DNA of 64,000 nucleotides from Pristiophorus japonicus. Lineage: Eukaryota. Numbering within the stretch: position 1 is the stretch's first letter; each line of letters starts with the position of its first letter. The stretch spans positions 218,984,001 through 219,048,000 of the forward strand of contig NC_091982.1 of the NCBI RefSeq assembly GCF_044704955.1. The letters are read 5' to 3'. Shown in pieces: positions 25,293 to 36,229 of this stretch. The notes below the pieces were generated by a model, which was not told where the DNA came from, ran no database searches, and saw nothing but the letters and a program-made list of their open reading frames with translations. A program made the position numbers and the translations under genes.

Positions 25293-25549
25293 TGTAGTGT
25301 CCTTACACACTGCTATAAATTCACACGAGGCACATTCTGCAGACAGTCACTCTGTGACCTATCCTTTATTCACAGGACCAAGAAGTGATGAAGGTGGGTG
25401 GAGCTTCCCCTTTTATACCTGAAAGACCAGGCTAGGAGTGTCTCCCATAAGTTCACCCCCTGTGGTCAAGTTGTGCATTTCTTAGGTGTATATAGTATGC
25501 AGTGTTGTTACATGAAGGTTACAGTTACATGAAGGTTACATACATGACA
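25293..25549 (-). repeat. Gypsy 3' LTR (257 bp)
   Basis: Direct repeat of 29772-30030, adjacent to the PPT at 25550-25570. Confidence 0.95.
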
Positions 25550-25589
25550 TCATCTCCCCCCCCCCCCCCACGTCTTGTGGGGTCTTTCG

Positions 25590-28500
25590 GGCGGTCGAAG
25601 CTCTCTCGTGGAGCACCGCAGTTGGGGCTCTGGTTGTTGAGCCTTGGCATGCATCTCTGTCCTCTGTGGTGATTCCGGCTTGTCCGGGCTGACCGCAGAG
25701 ACTGTGCAGCTGCTGAAAGTTCTTGTTGCTCATTCACTGGCGGTGGTGTGGGCAGCATCTCATGATCTTCCTCAGGTTCCTCAGTATCCATGCTGAACCT
25801 TTTGTTTACTTGGTCCAGATGCTTGCGGCATATCTGTCCATTGTTAAGTCTGACCACTATGACCCTATTCCCCTCTTTGCCAATTACAGTACCCTCAAAT
25901 CACTTGGGCCCCAAAGCGTGACTAAGAACAAATACAGGGTCATCGATTTCTATACATCTCCCCTTTGAGTTACGGTCATGGCACTCATTTTGGGACTGGC
26001 ACTTGCCCTCAACAATGTCTGACAGGATTGGGTGAATGAGGGTCAGCCGAGTTTTTAGTGTATCTTTCATGAGTAGTTCTGCGAGCGGGACTCCCGTGAG
26101 CGAATGCGGTCGGGACCTATGGGCCAGCAAGAGGCGCGATAGGCGGCATTGAAGGGAGGGTCCTTGAATTCGGAGCATGCCTTGTTTTATGATTTGGACC
26201 GCATGTTCTACCTGACCATTGGAGGCCGGCTTGAACTGTGCTGTCCTGACATGTTTGATGCCATTACCCGACAGGAATTCATAGCTAGTGAAACACAGGC
26301 CGTTGTCGTTAACCAGGATGTCCGGCAAGCCGTGGGTCGCAAAGACTGCACGCAGACTCTCCATAGTGGTGGATGTCGTGCACGTATTCAATATGATGCA
26401 CTCGATCCATTTCGAGTACGCATCAACAATAATGAGGAACATTTTTCCCATGAACGGGCCCGCGTAATCTACGTGAATACGTGACCATGGCCTGGTGTGC
26501 CAGGGCCACAGGTTGAGTGGGGCCGCCCTGGGGGCATTGCCCAGCTGGGCACATGCTGTGCACCTGCGAAAACAGTGTTCCAGATGTGAGTCAATTCCCG
26601 GCCACCATACATGTGACCAGGCAATGGCCTTCATTATCACGATGCCTGGGTGCTCGCTGTGGAGTTCCCTGATGAATGTTTCCCTTCCCTTCTGGGGCAT
26701 GACTACCTGGCTGCCCCATAGTAGGCAGTCGGCTTGGATGACGAGCTCATCCATTCGTCTGTGAAACAGTCTGACCTCCTCGGGACATGCTCTGTGTGCG
26801 GATGCCCAATCCCCAGTCAGGACACATTTCTTGACCAAGGATAGGAGGGGATCTCTGTTGGTCCAGATTTTGATCTGGCGGGCTGTGATGGGGAGCCTGT
26901 GCTGTCAAAAGCATCGACAGCCATGGACCATCTCAGCGCTTTGCTCCACTGACCCCTCAGTGCTGGCCAGTGGAAGCCTGCTGAGCGCGTCAGCGCAACT
27001 TCCAGTGCATGGCCGGTGCCGTATGGTGTAGTCATACGCAGCCAGCGTGAGAGCTCATCGCTGTATGCGTGCTGACACATTGGCATTGACAGCTTTGTTG
27101 TCTGACAACAGGGATGTTAACGGCTTGTGGTCCATTTCTAACTCGAACCTTCTGCCAAAATACTGGTGCATCTTTTTCACCCCGTAAACACATGCGAGTA
27201 CTTTCTTTTCAACCATCCCATATCCCCGTTTTGCTTGGGAGAGCGACCTGGAGTTGGCCCTCATCATTACTCTGTTGCAACACGCACCCAACCCCATAGT
27301 ATGATGCATCACATGTCAAAACCAATTTCTTACAGGGGTTGTACATGGTCAACAGCTTATTAGAACAAAGCAGGTTCTGCGCCCGATTGAAAGCCCGTTC
27401 CTGACAGTCCCCCCAAAACCAATCACAACCCTTACGCAGGAGCACATGTAGCAGCTCCAACAATATGCTTAAGTTCAGCAGAAAGTTCCCGAAATAGTTC
27501 AAGAGTCCCAGAAATGAACGCAACTCCGATGTGTTGCCGGGCCTGGGCACACGACGAATCGCCTCCGTTTTGGATTCGGTAGGCCGGATCCTGTCTGCAG
27601 CAACCTTCCAGCCCAAAAACTCGACCTCTGGGGCCAAAAACACACACTTGGACTTCTTTAGTCGCAGGCCTACCCGGTCCAGTCGGTGTAGCATCTCCTC
27701 CAGATTGTGGAGGTGTTCCTCGTTGTCTCAAACCGTGATAAGGATGTCGTCCTGAAATACGATTGTTCCAGGGATGAATTTCAGCAAGCTTTCCATGTTC
27801 CTTTGAAAGATAGCGGCTGCTGAACGAATGCCAAACGGACACCTGTTGTAGACAAAGAGCCCGTTGCGCGTGGTGATGGTGGTCAGTAGCTTGGATTCTT
27901 CGGCCAGTTCCTGAGTCATGTAGGCTGAAGTGAGGTCCAACTTGGTGAACAGCTTGCCGCCTGCCAGCGTGGCAAAAAGATCCTCCGCTCTCAGAAGCGG
28001 GTATTGGTCTTGTAGTGACACTCGGTTGATGGTGGCCTTGTAGTTGCCACAGATCCTGACCGAGCCATCCGCTTTTAGGACAGAGACAATGGGGCTTGCC
28101 CAGTCGCTAAATTCAACGGGCAAAATTATGCCCTCTCTTAGCAACCTGTCCAACTCACTCTCAATTTTCTCCCGCATCACATACGGCACAGCTCTGGCTT
28201 TATGATGCACTGGTCTGGCGTCCGGGGTGATGCCTATCACAACTTTGGTACCTTTGAAAGTCCCGACACCAGGTTGAAATAGTGACTCAAATTTCTGTAG
28301 GACCTGTGAGCATGAACTTCGCTCCACAGATGAAATGGCGTGCACATCCCCCTATTTCCAGTTCATCTCAGCTAGCCAGCTCCTCCCCAAAAGCGCGGGA
28401 CCATTTCCCGGGACAATCCAGAGTGGCAGCCGGTTCTCTGATCCATTATGTGTGACCAGCAACATTGCACTGCCTAGCACTGGGATGATCTCTTTGGTTT

Positions 28501-29734
28501 ACGTCCGTAATTGCGTGTCAATGCGTTCTAGTTTGGGTCTGCTAGCTCTGAGTGGCCATAGTTTCTCCAATTGTTGGACACTCATAAGTGACTAGCTGGC
28601 CCCTGTGTCCAGCTCCATGCGTACCGGGATGCCGTTTAATAGGACTTTCATCATCATAGGTGGTATTTTTGTGTATGAGCTGTGGATGTTTGCCACCTGG
28701 ACCCGCTGAACGTCAGCATCCATTGCTGTGTCCCAAGCATCACTCTGCCTTGCAGACCCCTCTTGTGGTTCATCTGCCTCGTAAATTAGCCTCGCTGCGG
28801 GCATCCTGCACATTTTGGCTAAATGTCCACTGAAGTTACAATTTCTACAGATGAATTGTTGGAACCTGCAGGTTTTTGCAGCATGTCTGCCCCCACACCT
28901 CCAGCATGAGCTGAGATCGTTGTGAACAAAAGGGCTATTACCAGGCATTCCTCTCTGATTGTCTCTTTGATTACTCTTGAGCACTCTGTTAGTGGGTATC
29001 AATGGCCCCATCCTGGGACGTATTGTCCCTTGTGATGGTGTAAATGTCCGTTCAACCTGCCATTGTCTCTGTTGATGACCCACTCTAGAGTCTGTTACTG
29101 CCTGGGTGGTGTCGAATTGCCATTGCCTGCCTGCGGGGTTCTGAGTCGCGTTTACAATGTTAACTCCCTGCTCCATCGCCACGTTGGGAGCAGAGTTGCG
29201 CGCGTATATTATCTTGGTTTCCTCCTCCCCCGCCATGAATGTCTGAGCCATTAACGCCACCAGTTCCAATGTCAAGTCCTTGGTCTCAATTAGCTTTCTG
29301 AAAATCCCGGCATGACCAATGCCCTCAATGAAGAAATCCCGTAACATCTCCCACCTGCAGGCGTCTGTGAACTTACAGAGGCTGGCCAAGCGCCGAAGGT
29401 CCGCAACAAAGTCCGGTATGCTCTGTCCTTCCCGACATCGATGTGTATAGAATCGGTGTCGGGCCATATGTAAACTGCTCTCCGGTTTGAGGTGCTCACC
29501 GACCAGTTTGCTGAGCTCCTCGAAGGTTTTGTCCGCCGGCTTCTCGGGCGCGAGCAGGTCTTTCATCAGCGCGTACATCTTAGGTCCACAGCTGGTCAAT
29601 AGATGCGCCCTTCGCTTATCAGCCGCTGCCTCTCCCAGCTAGTCCTTCGTGACAAAGCTCTGCTGGAGCCTCTCAACGAAATCATCCCAGTCCTCACCAA
29701 CACAGTACCGTTCCTCTGTGCTACCGGTGGCCAT
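25590..29734 (-). pseudogene. Gypsy gag-pol with several stops and frameshifts
   Basis: MATGSTEERYCVGEDWDDFVER* start, CWRCGGRH/CRNCNFSGHLAKMC knuckles, LDTGAS protease, FQDD RT, CDASYYG RNase H, and HPG..C..C plus IHVDYAGP integrase. Confidence 0.93.
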
Positions 29735-29771
29735 TCTCGTGAGTCGTTGATTCCTGTTTCTCGTCGCCAAA

Positions 29772-30030
29772 TGTAGTGTCCTTACACACTACTATAAATT
29801 CACTTGAGGCACATTCTGCAGACAAAGTCACTCTGTGACCTAACCTTTATTCACAGGACCAAGAAGTGATGAAGGTGGGTGGAGCTTCCCCTTTTATACC
29901 TGAAAGACCAGGCTAGGAGTGTCTCCCACAAGTTCAACCCCTGTGGTCAAGGTGTACATTTCTTACGTGTATATAGTATGCAGTGTCGTTACATGAAGTT
30001 TACAGTTACATGAAGGTTACATACATGACA
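29772..30030 (-). repeat. Gypsy 5' LTR (259 bp)
   Basis: About 95% identical to 25293-25549 by manual comparison, and followed by the PBS at ~29760-29769. Confidence 0.95.
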
Positions 30031-32283
30031 GGCCTCCTCTTCATCTCTCTCCTGAGGTGGAGCATCAGTCCCTTCTGGTAATTCTTGACCCCTCCTGATA
30101 GCCAGTTGTGCAGCATGGAGCACTCTATCATGAATTTAGCTAGTTGCTCAGGGTTGCATTGTAGCTCCCCTCCAGAGTCCTCCAGGCATCTAAAGCACTG
30201 CTTAAGCACAGTTATTGTTTTCTGGACCACATTGCGTGTGTCTCTGTGGCTCTGGTTGTATTGCTTCTCGGCTTCGGTGTGGGTGTCACGCAGTGGGGGG
30301 GGGGGGGTCATCAGCCAGGTGGCTAGGCCATATCGGTTGTCAGCAAGCATCCAGCATTGTTCTTGTGGCTGACTCTTAAACATGTCAAGAGACAGTGCTC
30401 TCATGCAGGATGTAAGCCTCATCGAAGGTGCCCGGACATTTGGATTCACTGCCATTATGATCTGGTTGTGGTCGACAACTAGTTGGACCTTCAAGGAGTG
30501 TTACGAAAAAGCTTTGGGTCCTGAGAAGGTGCCCGCCTGGTGATGTGAGTGTACTGTATTGCTCCCTGCACCCTGGGAAACTTAGCAATGCGGTAGAATG
30601 CTCCAGCCCTGTCAGTCTGAGCCTCCGTGGTCATGGGGAAGCTGATAAGGTCCATCCTACGTGCGTACAGGGCCTCCGTGACCGGTCTAATGCAGCGACG
30701 TGTGGCATGGTGAGACAGAGGGGAAATCTCGACCGCAGAGGCTTGAAAGGAACTAGACGCGTAGAAAGACAGTGCCGCGGTGACCTTGCACTCGACCGAC
30801 ACTGATGTCTTGATGTCAGGCTGCAATTCTGGTCTGATGAGCTCGCATATCTCATTGATCACCACCTTGTGGAAGCGCAATCTCCGAAGGCAAGTGTACT
30901 CGGAAACGTCGAGGTAAGACCTCTTCTCCCTGTAAGTGCGGGGTGTTTATGGTCTGGACTCCTCCTCATTCTGGCACGTATTAAATATGGCACATAATGA
31001 TGTGCATTAGACATTGAGCCATTTGCACTCTGCAGCATCTATCTGTGTATTAATCGATGCTGGCTGAGAAATGGCTGGCCCCATTCCAATGAAATATAAT
31101 AGCGATTGATCAGAAGCAATAATTTCCTCACTAAAATATACCTACAGTAATCTCCAATCATCCAGAGTCTGAAAATATGTCTGTTGAGATGGTCACTTCA
31201 CCTGAGAAGAACTCCAGAGTCAATCCAAACTCCCCCGAAGTTGAAGCAGCCTTTTGAATGAAGCAACCTGCAATTTAAAAAATGCCACCCACACGCTGTG
31301 ATTCATTCAGAACAGTTCCACTTTTTCTGAGCGGTGTTTTCGGCGAGCGATATTGTGGCCGAGATGTGTGCGAGGTGGTGAAAGTGACGCTGAGCGATCT
31401 CCTGGGCGTTAGTTTCGGCAAATGTGATCTTTACGACAAAAAAAAGTGGACGGCTGGTATTATTGAATCTCGGCATTATACAGATGGGGAAAGTAACGCT
31501 CGCCGATAAGTGTCCGAAAAATGGGCGTCAGTTTCCATTTTGTGGCTAAGTGGGCAATATCGGGGCGTTATACCTCATTTCAGCAGTAAAGTGGGAGTTA
31601 TGCATGCAAAAAAAGTGTAAAATCTAGCCCTAGGTTCTTACTTGTATTGTAGCTATTTTTCAAAGATCAGTATAATGCTCAATTTTGTCAGTGTTTGAAA
31701 CAACAAGCATGTCTGTGCGACTATTACAAGCTCACTGACTCCCACAGCTATCTTGATTACACGTCCTCCTACCCCACTACCTGTAAGGACTCTATTCCAT
31801 TCCCTGAGTCACATCTGTTCTGACGATGGTACCTACCACACCAGTGCTTCCAATATCTTCCTTTTTCCTCAACCGAAGAGTCCCCTCCACTGTGGTTGAC
31901 AGAGCCCTCGACCGTGCCCGTCCCATTTCCCGCACTTCTGCCCTCACCCCATCCTCTCCCTCCCAGAACCACGATAGGGTCCTCCTTGTCCCCACCTACC
32001 ATCCTACCAGCCTCTACATTCAACGGATCATCCGCCGCCATTTCCGCCACCTCCTAACACATCCTCATTCAGCTCCACAACACTTTGGTAGACTCTTCAA
32101 TCACTCCCAACACCTGCTCCCCTTCCTACAACACTTTCCCATGCAAGTGTAGGAAATGCAACACCTGGCCTTTCACTTCATCCCTTCCCACTGTCCAGGA
32201 TCCCAAACACTCCTTCCAGATGAAACAGCGATTTACTTGTACTTCTTTTAATTTAGTATACTGTATTGACTGCTTGTGATGCG

Positions 32284-32391
32284 GGTAAGTGGAGCTGAGT
32301 CCACGGCCAGATCAGCCACGATCTTGTTGAATGGCGGAGCAGGCTCGAGGGGCTAGATAGCCTACTCCTGTTCTTAATTCTTATGTTCTAT
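32284..32391 (+). mobile_element. Short CR1 3' tail inserted in the Penelope GIY-YIG region
   Basis: GAATGGCGGAGCAGGCTCGAGGGGC..CCTACTCCTG..TTCTTATGTTCTATG. Confidence 0.8.
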
Positions 32392-32854
32392 GTCTCCCCT
32401 ACAGAAAGAGATAAAACACAGATTGGTTGATCACTTTACTGAACACTTCAGTTCAATCGGTAAGCATGACCCTGAGCTTCTGGCCGCTTGCCATTTTAAT
32501 TCTCCATCCCACTCTGTCGTCGGCCTTCCACACTGTTCCAACAAAGCTCAACAGAAGCTCGAGGAACAGCACCTCAACTTGCGATTGGGCACTTTGAACT
32601 CAACATTGAGTTCAATATTTTTAGATCATAACCACTACACCCATTTTTACAGACAGCAGGTGCTGCTAATAGTTCTGCTGTAGCTATTTACAGCTACTGT
32701 AGACCCATCTTTTGTTTCTTTACTTGTCCCATTTTTTATCGCTACGAAAATCTGAGAATTTTTACAACACAAACTGGAATTTTATTTCAAGATCGTTCCC
32801 AGATTTAATAAGACATCCTTTATGTCTATTATAATTGTATATATCTGTCTATAA

Positions 32855-33040
32855 TATAACAGATTATCTGGTCATTATCACATTGCTGTTTTTGGGAGCC
32901 TGCTTGTGCACAAATTGGCTGCCATGTTTCCCACATTACAACAGTGACTACATTTCAAAAGTAGTTCATTGGCTGTAAAGCGCTTTGAAATGTCCGGTGA
33001 TCGTGAAAGGTGCTATATAAATCCAAGTCTTTCTTTCTTC
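32855..33040 (+). mobile_element. Deu-type SINE 3' half
   Basis: ACAGATTATCTGGTCATTATC matches 6248-6268, and the tail is GTGCTATATAAATCCAAGTCTTTCTTTC. Confidence 0.75.
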
Positions 33041-33202
33041 CTTTACCACCCACTTTTGCCATGGATCATCATCCCTTTTGCCATTTAATCTCTCCTGTCT
33101 TCCATCCTATCCCAAGGCTTCCCTTGTGTTCTTTCCTCCCCTCCTCCTCCCCCCTTCATTCTCTGGCTCTGTATTTGCTTATTAACATCGCTAACTTCTT
33201 CC

Positions 33203-33240
33203 ATTTCTGATGAGAGATCATCAACCTGAAACATTAATTC
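33203..33240 (+). ncRNA. Degenerate minimal hammerhead ribozyme core in pLTR
   Basis: CTGATGA-GAGATCATCAACCT-GAAAC-ATT-AATT. Both core boxes are intact, but the stems are mutated. Confidence 0.55.
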
Positions 33241-33822
33241 TGCTTCTCACTCTCCAGATGCTGCCTGACCTGCTGAGTATTTCTAGTATTTTCTGTTTTT
33301 ACTGCCAAAAAATCTATTTCTCATCAGTCACTCAATGACTCAAGATGTCACAGTAAATGCTATGTTCTATTAGTCACTGTGCAATGATCTCCATTAAGTA
33401 TCATTATGAGAAAATACAGTTTCTGGTGAAAGCTGATTGAAAACTGATTTAAACTACAGTTGCTATGGTATTGATTCACTGTCAGCAGCACCTTGATTAT
33501 ACAGTACTGCTGACTGAAAATTTGACTTTTGTTTCCAAGAGATTGCTCTGTGTAGATGTGTTCACACACATGTATAGAGCTTTGTTCCTGGCCAATGAAT
33601 TTTGAGTGTTGGCAGGAATAAATTCAGTTAAGTTACTAAAGTGCCTAAGAGGTCCAATGGACCTCCTGAGCACTTGGATTGACATGGCACGAGTATATAT
33701 TCTACGTGGTAGCAATGTGAGGCAACCTCCTCCACGAGGTTTTGGTTTCAAATTGTTCCTGTCTAAACCAGGTCGAAGCCCAACTTTTCAGATAAATGGT
33801 TATTTTTGAATTGCTGCAAAGT

Positions 33823-36002
33823 TAGGGTGACCCGGATGAGGTTGTGCTGGGGCAAACAATGACCCCGGAAGAGTCCCCGGTTCACGAAACTCATCTCCGA
33901 ATACTTTAGCTGCCATTTTATTTCAATAAGCTCCATTGATCTTAATTGCAGCTTGCGTAAATCCACGCCCGCACTCAGGGATTCAGAGACGGACCAATCA
34001 ACTGCCCATTGGCAGTGACGGACCAATAAAAGGACGGATCACTGTTTGTTGTCCGCTGAATTACGTTGACTAAATTGGCTTCGAATTCGACCATTGAATG
34101 GACAGAGTGCGGAGGGAGTGAGGGGGAGGGAGTGAGTGCTGGCCAATGGAGTGGCTGTGTTTGCGCAGGAGGTGTGCTGGTGCTGTTGTCTGTGAGAGCT
34201 GGAGCCCAGGGACTGGTAACACATCTCATTGGCTGGTGATGTGTAAACGCGAATTTGATTGGTCAATGTGGGTTCACCCAGGGCTGCCCCTCACTGGGCA
34301 GGCCTTCACTTTTTCCGTGAGGGGCGGCGGGGATTAAATACACTGCAAAAATCCGCTGCCGCCTCAAAGGACTAAAGCGCAAACACCAGCCATCGAATAA
34401 AAGGGTCGGCTAGTCGGTGCTGGGAATAGGCAGTGGGTCGGCCAATTGGTGCTGGGAATAGACAGTGGGTCGGTTAGTCGGTGCTGGGGATAAACGGTGG
34501 GTCGGTTAGTCGATGCTAGGAATAGACGGTGGGTCGGTTAGTCGTTGCTGGGAATAGACGGTGGGTCGGTTAGTCGGTGCTGGGAATAGACGGTGGGTCG
34601 GTTAGTCGTTGCTGGGAATAGACGGTGGGTCGGTTAGTCGGTGCTGGGAATAGACAGTGGGTCGGTTAGTCGGTGCTGGGAATAGACGGTGGGTCGGTTA
34701 GTCGTTGCTGGGAATAGACGGTGGGTCGGTTAGTCGGTGCTGGGAATAGATAGTGGGTCGGTTAGTCGGTGCTGGGAATAGACGGTGGGTCGGTTAGTCG
34801 GTGCTGGGAATAGACAGTGGGTCGGTTAGTCGTTGCTGGGAATAGACGGTGGGTCGGTTAGTCGGTGCTGGGAATAGACAGTGGGTCGGTTAGTCGGTGC
34901 TGGGAATAGACGGTGGGTCGGTTAGTCGGTGCTGGGAATAGACAGTGGGTCGGTTAGTCGGTGCTGGGAATAGACAGTGGTTCGGCCAGTTGGTGCTAGG
35001 AATAGACGGTGGGTCAGTTAGTTGGAGCTGGGAATAGACATTGGGTCAGTTAGTTGGTGCTGGGAATAGACGGTGGGTCGGTTAGTCGGTGCTGGGAATA
35101 GACGGTGGGTCGGTTAGTCGATGCTGGGAATAGACGGTGGGTCGGTTAGTTGGTGCGAGGAATAGACGATGGGTCAGTTAGTGGAGCTGGGAATAGACAG
35201 TGGGTCGGTTAGTTGGTGCTGTGAATAGACGATGGGTCAGTTAGTCGGAGCTGGGAATAGACAGTGGGTCGTTTAGTTGGTGCTGGGAATAGACGGTGGG
35301 TCAACCATCACCCGGAAAGGGAAAGCACAGTTCCACATTTGCTGTGGAACCTTTCCCAGAACTCAATAATATTCCTGGAGCATTTCCATGCGAGGAGTGG
35401 GGAATCCACTCTTTACATAGAAATACATAGAAGTTACAACATGGAAACAGTCCATTCGGACCAATCAGTCCCTGCCAACAATTACCCTTCACTGAACAAA
35501 CACTGAGCTTCGCACCCGACACCCCCAGACCCTCTAGTTCCCAGATCTCAAGGTCATTCACTGAAGCATAATCAAAAAAATGGACACGAAGCCATGAAGG
35601 TGATATTGGGAGGAGTGATAAAAAATTTGGTCAAAGGGGAATTTCATGGAGGGCAGTAATGGAGGGAAATAAATGACTTGGGCAGTGCTGTGAAGAAAGA
35701 CATTTTTTGAATAGGCCATATAGACAGCGAGTACGAAAAACTGATGTTCCCGAAAAGTGTTATTGTATTACCTGTATTTATAAACGATTTCTGAATGCGC
35801 TTCAATAGTGTGGCGTCACTTCCGCGATAATTATATACACATTTATTTTGCATTTGTCGTGTGTATGTGCAACTATTAAAATGGAGGTTGCTAAAAAAAT
35901 TTGCCTCATACGCTACGCAACCTACGTTTTCAGTCCTGGCTACTTTGCTGTGCTTTCACCCTGTGTGACCCCGGATTCGGTTTAGAAAATATGGTCACCC
36001 TA
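33823..36002. mobile_element. Non-autonomous hAT (Blackjack-like) DNA transposon carrying a minisatellite
   Basis: TIRs TAGGGTGACC / GGTCACCCTA, a perfect 8-bp TSD TGCAAAGT (33815-33822 and 36003-36010), and subterminal CCCGG motifs. No transposase ORF. Confidence 0.88.
34402..35302. repeat. 32-bp tandem array, ~28 copies
   Basis: Unit GGGTCGGTTAGTCGGTGCTGGGAATAGACGGT repeated head to tail with no spacers. Confidence 0.97.
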
Positions 36003-36229
36003 TGCAAAGTGGAAATTAGGGTCAAACTGTAGTAAAAAACACAAGGATTGTGGGCCTGTAATCTCTCAGTGATAGCTACCTCAAATGTGTGGGCTACCGG
36101 AAATCAGAGACGCAAAGCAGCAGCTCTGAACAACAAGGCTTTTTTTATTATTGTCATGTTTTTCTACCTGAAACCACCCACTGACATTTCAGAGTCAAAC
36201 AAACCATTGCTTCCTCTGCCAATAACCAT

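Larger units (their letters stand above)
25293..30030 (-). mobile_element. Full-length Ty3/Gypsy (Mag-like) LTR retrotransposon
   Basis: TG..CA LTRs, a 5-bp TSD GGCCT (25288-25292 and 30031-30035), PBS TGGCGACGAG, a poly-G PPT, and gag-PR-RT-RH-IN order. Confidence 0.96.
25138..31084 (-). pseudogene. Harbinger DDE transposase, frameshifted and split by Gypsy
   Basis: KVTAALSFYASSSFQ, FPRVQGAIQYTH, MLADNRYGLATWLMTP, EKQYNQSH..RNVVQKTI.VLKQCFRCL and CSMLHN. The C-terminal ARFLGQELITERFA* lies left of the Gypsy. The start position is approximate. Confidence 0.88.
20323..31630. mobile_element. Full-length PIF/Harbinger DNA transposon (about 4.4 kb net of nested CR1 and Gypsy)
   Basis: TIRs GGCCTAGATTTTACACTTTT / AAAAGTGTAAAATCTAGCCC, a 3-bp TAG TSD (20320-20322 and 31631-31633), and convergent Myb/SANT and transposase genes. 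Confidence 0.92.
31726..33300 (+). mobile_element. Penelope-like retroelement 3' part (RT thumb, GIY-YIG endonuclease, pLTR)
   Basis: KLTDSHSYLDYTSS, NRRVPSTVVDRAL, FPCKCRKCNT, QMKQRFTCTSFNLVYCI, RLVDHFTEH and KLEEQHL. Interrupted by a CR1 tail and a SINE. Confidence 0.88.

Noticed and set aside
25138-31084. Domesticated host HARBI1/NAIF1-like genes
   Set aside because: The genes have frameshifts, stops and decayed catalytic positions, and they sit between TIRs with a TSD.
33497-33809. Short ORFs as host coding exons (also 41499-41979 and 46303-46742)
   Set aside because: There is no recognisable homology and no consistent splice signals. The lengths are compatible with chance.
34402-35302. 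CRISPR array (32-bp periodicity)
   Set aside because: The units are contiguous with no unique spacers, there are no cas genes, and the context is eukaryotic.
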